Below are positions 37,555 to 52,049 of a stretch of 64,000 bases of DNA, piece after piece (the first letter of the stretch is position 1; every line of letters begins with the position of its first letter). A model generated the notes under the pieces. The model was not told the DNA's origin and ran no database searches. It worked only from the letters and a program-made list of their open reading frames with translations. The position numbers were made by a program, and so were the translations under genes. This DNA comes from Lama guanicoe (lineage: Eukaryota), in assembly GCA_013239625.1 (NCBI GenBank), contig MU054925.1, positions 1,806,829 to 1,870,828 of the forward strand, read 5' to 3'.

Positions 37555-38252
37555 ATACGTGATAAAAGGCTGCCATCAGCTTGGGACAGAGCCCAACCGC
37601 GGTTGTTTTTCTCCAGTTTTTATCTTCCTGGGAGTCATATTCAGAGAGGGAGCAGGCGTTTCCTCCTACATTAGAGGGATACAGGGTACCAGCCACCTGC
37701 CTTGTGGGAGAGAGTCCCTTAGGCCAGGGCATGGCTGGGACCCAGGGTGGTGCACAGACTCATGCTTCCTGGAGAAACTCCCTGCTCCCGTGAGCGGGCA
37801 GCCCCCAGATCTGGACAGCCCCTGCTGCAAGTGGCCCTTCCCGGAGAGTGGGGCGATGACTCGTTTTACAGAAAGCTCTTCTCCTTCAGAATAAGCCTCC
37901 CAAGAGAGCTAGCTGCTTAAGGGGTAGGAAGCCCCTTGAGACAGCTGGAACGGCACTGTTTACCAGGACGTGTTTTGCGGCATTTTAACTTGGAAGTCTT
38001 CTGGCCTCCCCCTGCCACTGCACAGGTGGGAAGACCAAGGCTCCGTGGGAGGGTAGCCAAGCTGATAGTGGAACTCAGAGCCCTGGCCCCAGCTCCTCCT
38101 TGCCCGTGGCCTAGCCTGTGCATTCAGGAGGCAAGGGACACAGGGCAGCTGGAGGGCTGAGGCCCTCTCACCTATGGCAGGACCCCACCAAACCCCAGAC
38201 TGCCCCTTTCTCCCTCTCCTCTCTCACCAAGGCTGAGACTGGCCCAAAGTAG

Positions 38253-38567
<315 letters not shown>

Positions 38568-38892
38568 TGAGTATAACCACCTCTGACTCCTGCACCCCCA
38601 CCCCCATGTACCCTCAGTACCACTTCTGCCCCACCACCCGCCACCCTTGGTGAGGGGCTTAAGCAGGTCACACTTCATGTAGGTTGGCCTTCCCTCTGGT
38701 CATGGGACACCCCTCCTTCAGGCTGCCTGAAGGCCTCCCCAGGCCAAGGGCAGATGGTGTTCCTGGGATGAACCCCAGACTTGAGAGGCCTGGTATTGTT
38801 GCCGTGGTGTCTGGCTGTCTGTCTCCCCAGTCAGGGTCTTGGGGAGGAGAAGGGGTCCACCCTGGCACTGCCCCCATACCTGTGCTGAATGA

Positions 38893-39039
<147 letters not shown>

Positions 39040-39278
39040 TGAACCTTTGCCCCAGCTTCTCCACCAGACCCCACCAGCCTTCCTTCTGGGAGAGACCACT
39101 TTTTTGACCTGATGCTAGCTCCCCCACATCTCAGCTGTGACCCTAGGCAAGTCACCTAACCTTTCTGAAACTCAATTTTTATGTCTACCAAATGGGCTCA
39201 AAACCTCCCTCCTCAAAACTTCCCCTAACTGTGTCTTTCATCCATATTTTCCCTTTCAGGACCACAAACAAGTCTGCC

Positions 39279-39818
<540 letters not shown>

Positions 39819-39889
39819 TGACTTGCCTTTGTCCCTCACTGCTCCTATCAGGCTCCTTCACCCCCTGGGGCCTTGGTTTCCCCATCTGA

Positions 39890-40111
<222 letters not shown>

Positions 40112-40749
40112 TAATGACCACCTAGAACCTGGGTCTTCCGCCCCCTCTCCCATTGACACAAGGTGTCAGTGACTGCACCAGTGATCCAATCTTGGCACTC
40201 AGAGCACTGGGCTGCTACCCCATTCAGGGTAGTGCTCTGGGCTTGCTCCCTCAATGAAGCGGGCCAGGGACTCAGTGAAGGGGCTTTTGCCCCAAGCTTT
40301 GGCCACAACCCCTATTATAATCTGCAACATTGAGAGTGTGGTCAGCATGGTTTTAAACTCAGCAGAGGCCAGATTTGAGCATATGGCACAGCAGCTCAGA
40401 GCCAGGGCACCCAGGGCACAATCTTTGGGTCCTAGTGCCCTGGGTGCACAGCAAGATGGCATTCCCTGTGGGCCTTGTGGTTCTGAGCAGGTGACATTGG
40501 TCCAAGTCCCTGTCCTACTTATCCTTGGTGGTCCCAGGGATTCACTGTACTTTCTGTGCCTTAGTGGATAAGCTCAGAGTCTGCTGCAAGGGACTAGTGA
40601 GGATTAAGTGAGGCAAAAGGGTGGCAAGGTATACAGGAGGCCCTCGGGCAGCAAAGGCTGTCACTGACATAATTAAGGGGCTATCCAGACAGGAGGGTGA
40701 TGGCTCTTGAGGTCAGTATATACTGATCTTCCCCCACACCCGTCCCCAG

Positions 40750-40902
40750 GAGGAAATGACCAGCGCCCTGGCGACCATGCGTGTGGACTACGACCAGGTG
40801 AAGATCAAGGACCTGAAGACCTCTAACAACCGGCTCCTCAACAAGAGGAGGAAGAAGCAGGCAGGCGGCTCCTCGGCCTCGCAGGGCTGCAGTAATCAGT
40901 AG
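40750..40902 (+). CDS. MAPKAPK3: MAPKAPK3 last exon coding part (NES, NLS/p38 docking site, stop)
   Basis: CAG|GAG. EEMTSALATMRVDYDQVKIKDLKTSNNRLLNKRRKKQAGGSSASQGCSNQ*, TAG at 40900-40902. Confidence 0.97.
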   Translation, partial: EEMTSALATMRVDYDQVKIKDLKTSNNRLLNKRRKKQAGGSSASQGCSNQ

Positions 40903-42168
40903 CTCATGGGGTCATGGAGGAGCAGGGCCTCTCAGTCTGGAGGACACAGTGGAGTGTGCGGAAGCCTTGACCTGGAGAGCCCAGGGTCATTTTTTAAACA
41001 AAAGAGTTATTTTATTGTGTTTTAATTTGTTACTTGGAACTTCAGGATGGGGGACTGTGACCCCAGTCCTTCAGGGTCCCAGCCTAGGTTGAGGCCCTAG
41101 AGAAGGGCCAAAGCCTGGGGGCTAGGGAGCGACCTGCTACAGCTGCTGTGCCTTTGGCCAGAGTGGCCTGAATGAACTGTGGCTCTGTGGTCCTGGGGCA
41201 TGGCCTTAGACTTCTAGGCCACTGGGAGTTGTGGCTGGGCTTCCCTCCTTCTGTGGAAACAGTTCCCTGTAGGGTGGGCAGATGGGCCCGGCCTTGGCAA
41301 AGGCATCCGGTCACTGGTTGTCATGGTGACCAGGGACACGGTTGCTGTCTCTGAATGCTGAGTGAGTGAGCAAGGGAGGGAGAAGGGGCAATTGAGGGTC
41401 TGTGCGCCTTCTTGGGGAGGCTGCTCTCCCTCACGCTGCTTGCCCCGCTCAGACTCACCCCTCTTTGGTCTCACTGAGGACACAGGGTCAGTCTGCCAGC
41501 CTCCCGGGGTGGTCCAGCCCTGTCTTGCTGCAACCGCATCCCACAGGGCCCTTGGAATTCTCCTTCCATAGAGTCCCTGGGCCCAGCCACCCTGTTACTA
41601 CGCCCTCTACCCAAAGAGTGGCCTCTCATCTCAACTGAGGGTAGGAAGTATTTTTAACCCTTTTTTATTTTGGAGAACGTCACTGTGACAAAAGCCAGTG
41701 CAGTTTCCCTGCCCTAACCTGCTCATCGGATCCCAGAAAGGAAAGCCTCTCTCCTTAATGGCTCATCCTGTACTCTTGGTTGGTCCTAGGTGATGGCAGG
41801 GGTTGTCTCCTAGTGTACATCTGTGAGAGTGGATGGCTGGAGGCAGAGCCAAGAGGCTCCCGTTAATCAGGAGTCTCTTTATCCAGGTCAGACCCGAGGC
41901 AGCAGAAGGCTGCTCTGTGATGCTTAGAAGGTCTAGTCCTGGCTTTGGCCTGAGTCAGAGTGGAGAAGGCCCCTTCTTTCTGGTCCAGGCTCACCTAGTC
42001 CCATGCTGCCCACATAGCCTCAGGGTGCTGAATGCCTGATGTGGGCCCGGCAAGTGCCTGACACCCAGCTTGGTTCCTGGCTCCCAGTCCTTCTCTCACT
42101 GGCTGGGAAACCCTAGACCACCTTAGATAGGGCAACACTAACACTGCTGGGTTTTACATCCAAATATT

Positions 42169-42174
42169 AATAAA
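42169..42174 (+). terminator. MAPKAPK3 polyadenylation signal AATAAA
   Basis: About 1.27 kb after the stop, followed by a U/GU-rich tract (GGTTTCTCTCTGTCT). Confidence 0.8.
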
Positions 42175-45100
42175 CGACATTTTGGCATTTTCCCCTGGTC
42201 CCTGGGTTTCTCTCTGTCTATATGAGTGGACAAAAGTGGCCCAAGGGCTTGTGCCCATACCCACTAGTGGTTTCACTCCTGCTGCAGAGGGTGCCTCAGG
42301 CCTGGTAAACATGCCAGGCTGACTCCAGGGCCACCCTGGTCTCAGCAGGTATGGAGAGGTCAGAGGAGCTGAGGGATGGCAGCTGCTCTGCGCCGCTCCG
42401 GTGCACTGAGTGTGTGACACCCGCCCCCGGCCTGGTGTGCACCAGTGTCTGCCCACAGTGGCCACCCCCAGCTGTGTGCCAGCCTGCTGAAGGGCGGGCA
42501 GAGCGCCTGCTGCAACGCTGAGCTATTTTCAGAAGCTGCCAGATTTCATTTGGCAGCGAGAATGTCGAGGAGGGGAGGAGGCGGGACGCTGGAACCTGTC
42601 TTTTGACGACTCCAGCGACAGAGCACCCTCAGCCCTTGGGAGCCCTTGCGGGCAGCCTTGGGGGGGCCCTAACTGTGGCATATTCCCCCAGCCCCTGTCC
42701 TCCCAGTTTCCCAAGAGCTCATCTGGCACCCACAGCCCCCGCCTCCCCCTCCATTCCCCCCAGGGTGTGGGGGAGGGTACGAACATGTTAGAAGGCAGGG
42801 ACAGGCAAGCGCATCTGAGAGGATGCTGCTTCCTAGCCTGCCGACCTTGGACAAGTCTCCCAGCTTCCCCGCCTCACACTCCTCAAGGGTGTAGTGGGGA
42901 TGGTAGTGCCCACCCTGGGGAGTCATCTGGGGGATCTGGGCAGATGATGTGTGTGAAGTACTTGGTGGGGTGCCTGGTACATGGCTCGTGCCCAGCACCC
43001 ATTTGCCACCCCAGCATACTTAGCTGTCAGGAAGGAGGGAAGTACCTGAAGTTGCTCAGAAAAAAAGCAGCCAGCATCAAATCTACCTCTGGGACTTTCC
43101 ACCCAGAAAATAAGGCTCTCTCCACCCATGGGGTCTCACTCCCAAAGGCCTGCTCTCCAAAGCAACATCATATGGGCCTCCTGGACGTTGATTCCGGCTT
43201 CAGGCTTCAAGGACGGTGGCCCACCCTTCTGAAGGGCTCCTGGGCTCCCCAAATGAATTCTGGGGCCTTCACGGAGTCTGTGGTTCAGACTGACCCTCAA
43301 CATGTACTTTGCCCAGTAAAACACAGGGCAGATGCAAAGGCAGGTGATTCTACCTAGTCACAAAGCTGCAGAGTTGCCAACTGACTCCTTCACTTGGCTG
43401 CTGAGTGGCCACTGCCTGAGACTGCTGGGTGCACGGGAGGCAGCAGTGGACGCTGTGCACAGAGTCTCACCTCGGGGAGTTTACACTCGTGAGGGAGAAG
43501 GACAAAATACCACACAAATACGTGTTCAATCATGGGCTTGATACGGTCTGTGAAAGGAGGATTTGGCTTGAGAAGGTGTCATTATGTGGTTTAAGGCAAA
43601 GAAGGTATTTATGCTGCAGTGGCTGGGAAGTCTGCCTGATAGACTGCAGGGTTAAAGGCAGAACTGCAGGGACCAGGCCTCAGGGACAGAGGGGCTCTGT
43701 GCGCCCCTCAGCTCTGCCTGGCTGTGCCTCTGCTGAGGGCCAGCCTGGACCGTTCCCACATGAGGACCAGAGGTTCAGCATTCCCAGCAGGGAGGCATCT
43801 GCTCAGGTGTCTGCACGCCAGCCCCAGGGAAGGATTCTTATTGGCCATACTTGGCCCCTGGCTGTTGTTGGGGAGGGCATGGCCTCTCCTGTGACTAGGT
43901 GGGGAGGGGTGCAGCAGAGGTAGTTAGCAGAGGATGGGAAGTTCACTCCCGTATCTCCCTCATCTGCTTGGCCACATCCAAGAGCCCATGAGGAAACTAG
44001 CCCAGGGACAAGCCCAGCCCTGCTGATTTCTGGCATCAGGTGCAACTCTCACGAGTCAGACCTGGGAGGCTGGATGCCTGGCTGAGTCACACTCTGGGGC
44101 CTCAATGTGGCTGTCTGTGAAATGGGAGCAAACCCTGACAATTAGCTGGTATCAGGTGAGCTAAGAAGCCAAGGGGCTACACGTGCACATTAGCCTATTT
44201 AGATACAGGTGTTTGCACAGGTTTCATGTGGCTTCCATGGGAGCTTTTGGTAAACAACCCATTAGAGGTGTATTCATATGTGTGTGCGCGTGAGTGCACA
44301 TGTATTTGTATGTGTGCATGTGTGGCGGGGATTTCTTCCCAGTGATGCTCCCCCTGACCCAGCTGACAGCAGAGTTCTCTGTCTTGCAAACCTGGTGCTG
44401 GCTGGCTTCCAGAGGCCTGGCTCATTGCTATTCCACACCAGCCCCTCTCCACCCTCGATTCAGCCCCTCCACTGCAGCGGCAGAATTGAGCCTCAAAATG
44501 CATCCTGCCGCAACCTCTGCAGGGATCTCGATGATTCCAGACCTACTTGAAATTCTCTCTCTCTGGCAGGCATGCAGAGAGGGCACAGGCCCGGGGAGCT
44601 GTCTCCAGACCTGGCTGCCTTGGATGAGCTTTTGCATCCCTAGTGAGTCCTCACAGCTGTCCCCATTCCTGGCAGGTTAAAATTCTTCCCTTTGTCCCTC
44701 TGGGCAGCCAGCATGTTCACCTCTTGGAATCGAGGCCAGCAGGCAGAGAAGGGTCTGGGAAGCCCACCTCCCACCCTGTGTGTGGGGTGGGCTGGGATTA
44801 TTCAGTTTAGGGCCAGATCTGAGTTTTGGTTTACACGAAGCTGTGGACAAGGGAGTTCCTCTTTTTGAGGTTCTCCATCAATAAAATGAGACAATGATTA
44901 ATCAGGGCCAGATGCTCTGGGCACCCTTGATAGACACGCTGCCATTGCTTCCTGGATTAGGAGTATACTCTGTGGTCTCAGGCAGAAAGTGCACTTTGCT
45001 GGGCCTCAGTTTTCTTATCTCTTAATATAGGAGTAATCCTCACAAGGGCGGGGCAAGGCTTCAGTGGAGAAGGGAAAGGGTGGCCAAACCCAAAGGCGGT

Positions 45101-48100
45101 GGTCATCAATGCAGCCCAAGTGTCTGCTAGTCTGCCCAGCTGCCAAGACTCTGCCAGGTCTGCCCTCTCTCCAGTTCCCCTGACCAGGAGAAGGCAGCCA
45201 GTGACTCAAGGGAACCAGTTTCCTGGGACTCAGAGCACCTGGTCAGGGCAGGTTAATTGGGGTATGGGGCCACCTGCTGGTCACCTGATGAGTATTTAGT
45301 AGATGCCTACTGTGTGCCACAGCCTGAGGGAGCTGTGGTCCTGCCTGGGTGGAGGGGAAGACCACAACATCATAATGAATAGCTTGTTTACTGAGTGCCC
45401 GTTATACTCTAGGACTGTACGGGATCACCTGGACCATCTCATTGAGTCCTCACTCTCCCATCTTACAGAGGGGGAGACAGCCCTCAATCTCTTAGGCAGA
45501 GGAGGTCAGAGGAAGGAATGCTGCTTTTGACTGGTGATAAACATACAGGGCTTCCGAGAGGTGATGGCACGTGAATTTGAAGGGCAAATTTGGATAGACG
45601 AAGATTTGGGAAAAGGGCATTCCAGCTGGCGGGTAAAGGGTGAGGCAACAAAAGGAGGCAGGAATGGGACGTGCCATATGGAGAACAAGTCTGCTTAATG
45701 AGTGAGAGGCAGCCATGGCAAGGAAGTCTCTCATTTCCTCATCCCATCTCCTGGAGGATGGGGACCTCAGGAGTGAAGCAGTCCCTCCTCCCCATATCCA
45801 CATCTGCCTCCCCTAGAGATATACCTGGCTTTTGATGCTAGCTTGTCAGTCTGTCTACTTCCTACTGGTACAGCCTTTTCAGGTGGCTCCTGAAAATAGT
45901 TGCATCTTTTTACACTGGACTCCCTGGACCCTCAGGGTGTGGCAGGGGAGTCCTAGGGCCCGCCACCCCTGCTTCCAACAGAGCTGTTTTTTATATTGGA
46001 GTTTCTCCTGAGATTTGATTTGAATAAGAGCTTGTGTGCTTTTCAAAAGTGTACAGACCACTGAACTAGACACTTAACAAAATGTATCTCAAATCCTGTA
46101 GGTAGGCATTATGATTCCATTTTACAGATGGGAAACCAAGGCTCAGCATGATGAAGTAGCTTGCCAAGTTCCATGACAGGGTTCTGACATGGCAAAGTGG
46201 CTTCAAGATTATTCTTTCTCCCATTGCTCCTGTCCTCAGAATGTCCAGACTACTGGGGACAGGTGGACAACAGTTGCCTATACTGTCTGCTGGGCTGCTG
46301 CGGAGTGCCAACCAGGGAGCAGGGCTGACAGGGTGAGAATGGCTCTCTTAGGCAGGGTTGCTTTCCTCTTTCTGGTGGGGAATTGAGAGAAAGTTGGGCA
46401 AAGGGGAGCCTACCTTATCCCCTAAAACCTGCCCCTGCTGCAGGGGCTGTGTGGATAAAGCATACTATCCCCTATTCCCACCCCTAGGCTTCAGCTATGT
46501 TCACAGCAAGACAGGGAGACCAGTCAGCTGTCAGACCTGACAGCTTCTCTGTGCAGGAGCAAGGTAGGCCCTTCAGCTGCCCTCGGGAGTAGCCCCCAGT
46601 GTGGAGACCCTCCCTAGGGCAGCCTAGCTTTCAGTTGATGGGACCTCGACTCATGGGCCATGTCTCCCCACCTGGGCGCTCAGAGCCCACCAAGGGAAGG
46701 GTGAGGGGCAGGCCTACTCAACTCTGAACCTGGTTTACCCCAGTCAATCCTTGGAGCCCATGTTTTGAGCACCCAGAGTGTGCCAAAGTGTCTCATACAT
46801 GACCTCCTTTACATTTCTGTCCTTCCGATAGCCCTCCTAGGCAGGGTTTATGGCGATCTTGCAGATGAAGTCACTGAGGCTCGAGTGGCACTGGGATAAA
46901 ATGCCCAGGTCCCTATGTGGTGAGTGGCAGGGCCAGGGTCTGAACCCAAGAACATGGGGCTCTGTGATCCCCTCCCTAACAGAAATGCTGTCCCTGCCCA
47001 AAGAGTCCCAGCCCTACCAGGTCCCTTCCCTAACCTGGCCTGGCTGGTGGTGTCACAAGCCTGCCTGTCCCTTCTCTGGATCTTCTGTGTCCTGGGCTGC
47101 TAGAGGAAGGGCCCTTCAGGGGAACCTCCCATTCTCTTTGCCCCCTGAACCTGGGCAGGGAGTGCCAGGTACCTCCCAGCAGGGTTTAAGGTCAGGACAT
47201 TCCCTTGTAGATGAGATGGAAGGTGGGCTGGGTTGCAAAGCCTGGGACCCCATTCCAGCTTTGATCTGTGACCTTTGACAACCCCCTTAACTTCTCTGAG
47301 CCCATCTCCTCATTAGAACACGAGGACAACGACACTTGCCGCCTGGATTATGAGACTGAAAGGTAAGGAATGATGCCCTGAAGAACTCTTGGCATATCAT
47401 AGGTCCTGGAAAATGTCACCTCACTCGAGAGACTGTGGGGTTAGATGGTGTATTGGGAAATGTTGAGTTGTAGGCTAAAAGTCTTCAGAAAGGAGGCTGT
47501 CTTCCTGGGAAAAGCTGCAGTCAGAGCCCCCATTTAAGTGAGCCTGCCCACCTGCCCTGGAGACCTCTCTCTTCCTGCAGGTCCCTGTCAGTAGGCCACT
47601 GAGGGAGATAGCAAGGCAGAGGAGGCAGCCAAGGCACGTCCAGAGAACTCCTCACATGGTCATGAAGGTATCCAGGGACTGTGGGGCACAGGGTTGGTCA
47701 CCACATCAGCCAGATGAGGCAATGGTCTGGCCTCAAGTACCTACTGTGAACAAGCCTCCTTGGACTATTGGCTGGGGCAACCTAAGCAGACGAAACTCCT
47801 TCTTTAATGACAGAGTCCATAACCAAAATGGGATAACCAACAGGAATATGAGGGTCAGGGAAAGTCTCTGTGAAGAGGAGACTCAGTTGAGGATGAATGA
47901 CAAGAAGAGCAGAAGGCAGGGTATCCCAGGCAGAGAGAATAGCAAGTGCAAAGGCCCTGGGGCTGAAAAGACCTTCAAATATCTGAGGAGCAAAAATGAG
48001 TGCAGTATGCCTGGAGAGTGCTGGTCCAGCCTCCCTTGAACAGAAGGTGAGCATGTAAACAGCCTTATGGGGCCCCAGGAAATTGGGCTTTTTGGAGCCT

Positions 48101-50199
48101 TTCTATAGGCTCTGCTACCGACTGCCTAGGGTCTTGCCCAGGGCTCAGGGTAGCTTGGCTAGATGTGAATCAACTACCCTCACCTGGCCCTCAAATCTAC
48201 AAATGCACCATCTGCCCCTGAGATGGCTTTAATACCTTATTGTTAGCAATAAATTGAACTCACTAAACTGTGGATGCAAAGCTTGCTGGGGCTGTTAACA
48301 TCAGGAAAACCAGTAGCTGTGTTTATGTCCACTTGGAGAAATAGCAATAAGATATAACTCACCTCTGGAGATAGATTCTATAAAGATAGGGCCTGTCTTC
48401 TGGGTCCCAGGAGAGAGAGGATCAATTCCTCCTAGTGAGCTCCCGTAAATGGGGTTCAGTCTTGTTGGAATTATGGAAATTCTCTGGTGGGAAATCCTAG
48501 AGGGTGGGCTGTACAGAGATTCTCAGCAGTAACCATGCACCATAATCTCAGCCAGCAGGAGACAAGGCCCTACTCTCTCTAGCCCATGAGTCAATGCAGG
48601 CCAGGGACCTGGGCTGGGAGCACTGCCAAGGGGTGAGTTGTCCCCAAGGTATTCTCCCCAGGATAGGCACCCCACTTCTCATACCTGCCCTTCAGGTCCT
48701 AACCCTGGTAAATTTTCTTCCTTTTGTTATTATGGTGGTCTAGTGGGTTTTCTCATAGAGCTAATTAGGTGGAATAAATCCTGCCCACTTGAAGATAGGA
48801 GGGCTGCCTGGAGGAGACAGAGATGCAGTGGATATGAAGAAATTTAGGAAAAGAGCAGGCAACCAGGTGCTGCCTTCTATGATGAAGGTAATCAGAGGTC
48901 AGTTGACTCATCCAAGGTCATTCAAGGTTATTAGTGGGAGCTGTGAACAAAAGAAGGCTCCCTGGATATGGTCCTAAATTTGAGGGTAAGGGAGGAGGGC
49001 ATTGGGACTAGAGAGGCCTAGAGGAGCTTGTGGATTTCAGCTTCAGGGCTTCTGATGTTTCATTCTCAGAGTCCAGTTACCTGGATGTCATGGTCCTAGG
49101 TCTGGCACTGCCGATTCTAGGCTTTGCAGAAGGTTAAAGGTCAGCCCTTTTCCTCAAGGATTATAATCCTTCCTCAGCCTTATAATCCTCAAGGATTATA
49201 GCCACTGATCTCTCCTGGTATAGAGAAGGGGGGTTGGTGTCAGGAAACACCTGGAGCTCTGGGGCTGGCTGCTGTGCACCATCCTGGACAAGTTTCTTCC
49301 TCTCTTTGGAATCTCAGTTTCCTCACTGTAAAATGGCCACAATGATACTCATCCGGTTCTCAGGAGGATTCAGTGTGAGAACATCATAACCACAGAACCT
49401 GCTGCTTCAAGAATTGAGATACTCCAACTCAGCTGGAGGGAGTGGTGGGCCCTGGACCATTTATACTGTGAGGAGGGGAGGGGAAGTGGTATCTGATTGA
49501 CAGAGAGGGTTGGGGCAGCCAGGAGGCCAGATGCTCCTATGCTCTGCCAAGGCCTCTGCAGTGCATTGAGGGTTGTCCGCCACTTACTCAGCAGCGTTTC
49601 TAACAATCAAAAGTTTAAGGTCCAGGGAGCCAGAAGAAAACAGTCTTGAGAGGCCAGCAGCCAGCCTGGAGGAAAGAGAGAATAGGTGGAGGCAGGAGAT
49701 GGATTCCTTTTCTCTGAAGGCCACACACATACCCCTAAACTTGAATCACCCCCTGACTCCAGGACCAGTTGACAGGGCTGAGAAATCTTCAGATTGGGTA
49801 AGGGCCAAGGGCTACCTCCCAAGCACAAAACCAACCCTGAGGGTACATCTGGTCCTGGTCCAAAGAGGGAAAGCCTTTAGCCCCCTGTTAGAGCCTCATC
49901 CCCTGGCAGTCCTTGTTCACCTGCCCCAGCACATATCTACAGCAACTCCTGCTTTCCAGGACTGAGATTCTGAGTCCAGTAGTCAAGGCCTGGCTTGGAC
50001 CTGATGAATAATCAGATCGAAAACATGCAGTATGCTCCCAGGCCTGATTTACCCAACACCTCCAGACCACATCCACATTTCATCTGAGTCCACACCTTGG
50101 TTTCCACAAGAAGTAGCACTGGGTTTGTGGTGGGCTTTAAAAACAGTCCATAGGTTTGTCAGTTGGTCACTTATGGTCAAACAAGTAACTTCCAAAGTT

Positions 50200-52040
50200 T
50201 GATTCTTTGGTATAATTGATATAAAGTGAAATCTTAAATGTAAAGTTAAATCATTTTAAATGAATGCATATACCGATGTAACCAGGGTCCCAGTCAGGGC
50301 ATAGAACAACCCCATCATCTTAGAAACTCCCCAATAACCCCTCATCACAGAATGCTGATCTGATTTCTATCATCATAGATGATATGATAACTTCTATTCT
50401 AGAAGTTCATATAAATGAAATTATATGGAATTTCAGCATGGAAGTAAATAGCTTTTTTTGTGTCTGGTTTCTTTTGCTTCCTTGAGATTTATCCATGTTT
50501 TTGCAGTAGTAGTTCTTTCCTTTTTTTATTGCTGAAGAGTATTCCATTTTATGAATATTCATAATTTGGTGGTTATTTGACTCCAGTTTTTGACTATTAT
50601 GAAAAAAGCTGCTATGAACATTAATGTATAAGTCTTTGTGTGAACATATGCTTTCATTTCTTTTGGGTAAATACTTAGGACTGAAATGGCTAGTAAATAC
50701 CTAGTAAAATTTCTGGAAATAACATTAAGTGTATGTTTAACTGTCTGAGAAACTGCTAGATTTCAAAAGTGGTTGTATTATTTTGCATTCCCATCAGCAA
50801 CTGATTGATTGACTGATTGATTGACTGAGGGGAGTAACTAAGTTTACTTATTTATTATTTTCTTTTTATTTAACAGAGGTACTGGGGATCAAACCCATGA
50901 CCTCATGCACACTAAGCATGCGCTCTACCACTGAGCTATATCCTTCCCCCACCATCAGCAATTTATGAGACTTCCAGTTACTCCACATCCTCATCATTTG
51001 GTGTTATTTGCCTTTTTTATCTTAGCCATTCTGATGGATATGTGCTAGTATTTCATTATAGTTTTAGTTTGCATTTTCCTGGTGATTAACGATGTTGGGA
51101 GCTTTTTCATGTGATTATTGGCCATTGACATACCTGTTCAAGTCTTAAGCCTATTTTCAAACATTGGGTTGCTTGCCTTTTTTATTATTGTGTTGTGGAA
51201 GATTTTGATGTACTCTGGATACACAGCCATTGTCATAGGGTATGAGTTGGGAATGTTTTCTCCTGCACTATGGCTTACCTGCTCATTTTCATAATGGTGC
51301 TTTTGATGAGCAGTTTTTCATTTTTTTGAAATTCAATTTATCATTAGTTACTTTTATGATTAGTGTTTCCTATGTTTTCTCTAAGAAATTTTTACTTATC
51401 CCAAAGACACAAACATATTCTTCATTTTTTCCCCTTTCCTAGAATCTGTATAATTTTAAATGCTTTTACATTTGGGGCCATGAGCCATCTATAATTGATT
51501 TTTTAGTAAGGTGAGAGCTCAGGATTGAGATTTATATTTTCATATGGATATCTAGATAGCTGCATTCTTCAAGAAAAATAAACATTTCTTTCCCTGCAGA
51601 ATTGCTGGGGCACTCTTATCAAAAATCACTGGATTCTATTCTCTTCCATTGATTGTCTATATAATTGCCAACACCATACTGTCTTGATTACGTTCGGTCC
51701 ATCATCATAGCATATCTTTCTATTTATTTAGGTCTTAATTTTTCTTAGCAATATTTTATAGTCTAGAACATCTAGCATTACATTAAATCCCACCTAGTCT
51801 TTTTAGTTTTGGGGTTCTATTGAGAGTAGAATTTAAACAATTTTAATTTCCCTATAGTTGATTACTATTTTATGACTAGTTTTTGAAACTACAATCGATT
51901 TTTATATATTAATCTGTATTCTGTGACATTGCTAAATTTTCTCATCAGCTCTGGTAGTTTTCTACATTCAGAATAACATTATCTGTGAATAAAGAGAGCT
52001 TTACTTCTTTATTTCCAATCTTTATGCCTCTATTTTTCCT
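50200..52040 (-). mobile_element. Old L1M LINE, 3' portion (ORF2 end and 3' UTR)
   Basis: T-rich on +, with reverse-complement L1 hallmarks such as GCTGCTATGAACATT, TTTGGGTAAATACTTAGG, CTCCACATCCTC and TTAGCCATTCTGA. No intact ORF. Confidence 0.85.
50801..50951 (-). mobile_element. Second tRNA-Ala-derived camelid SINE, nested in the L1
   Basis: Minus strand reads GGGGGAAGGATATAGCTCAGTGGTAGAGCGCATGCTTAGTGTGCATGAGGTCATGGGTTTGATCCCCAGTACCTC. Perfect TSD CCATCAGCAA at 50791-50800 and 50952-50961. Confidence 0.9.
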
Positions 52041-52049
52041 GCAGAGTAA

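Noticed and set aside
40900-40908. Stop-codon readthrough of MAPKAPK3
   Set aside because: TAG-CTC does not match the known leaky contexts TGA-CTAG or TAG-CARYYA.
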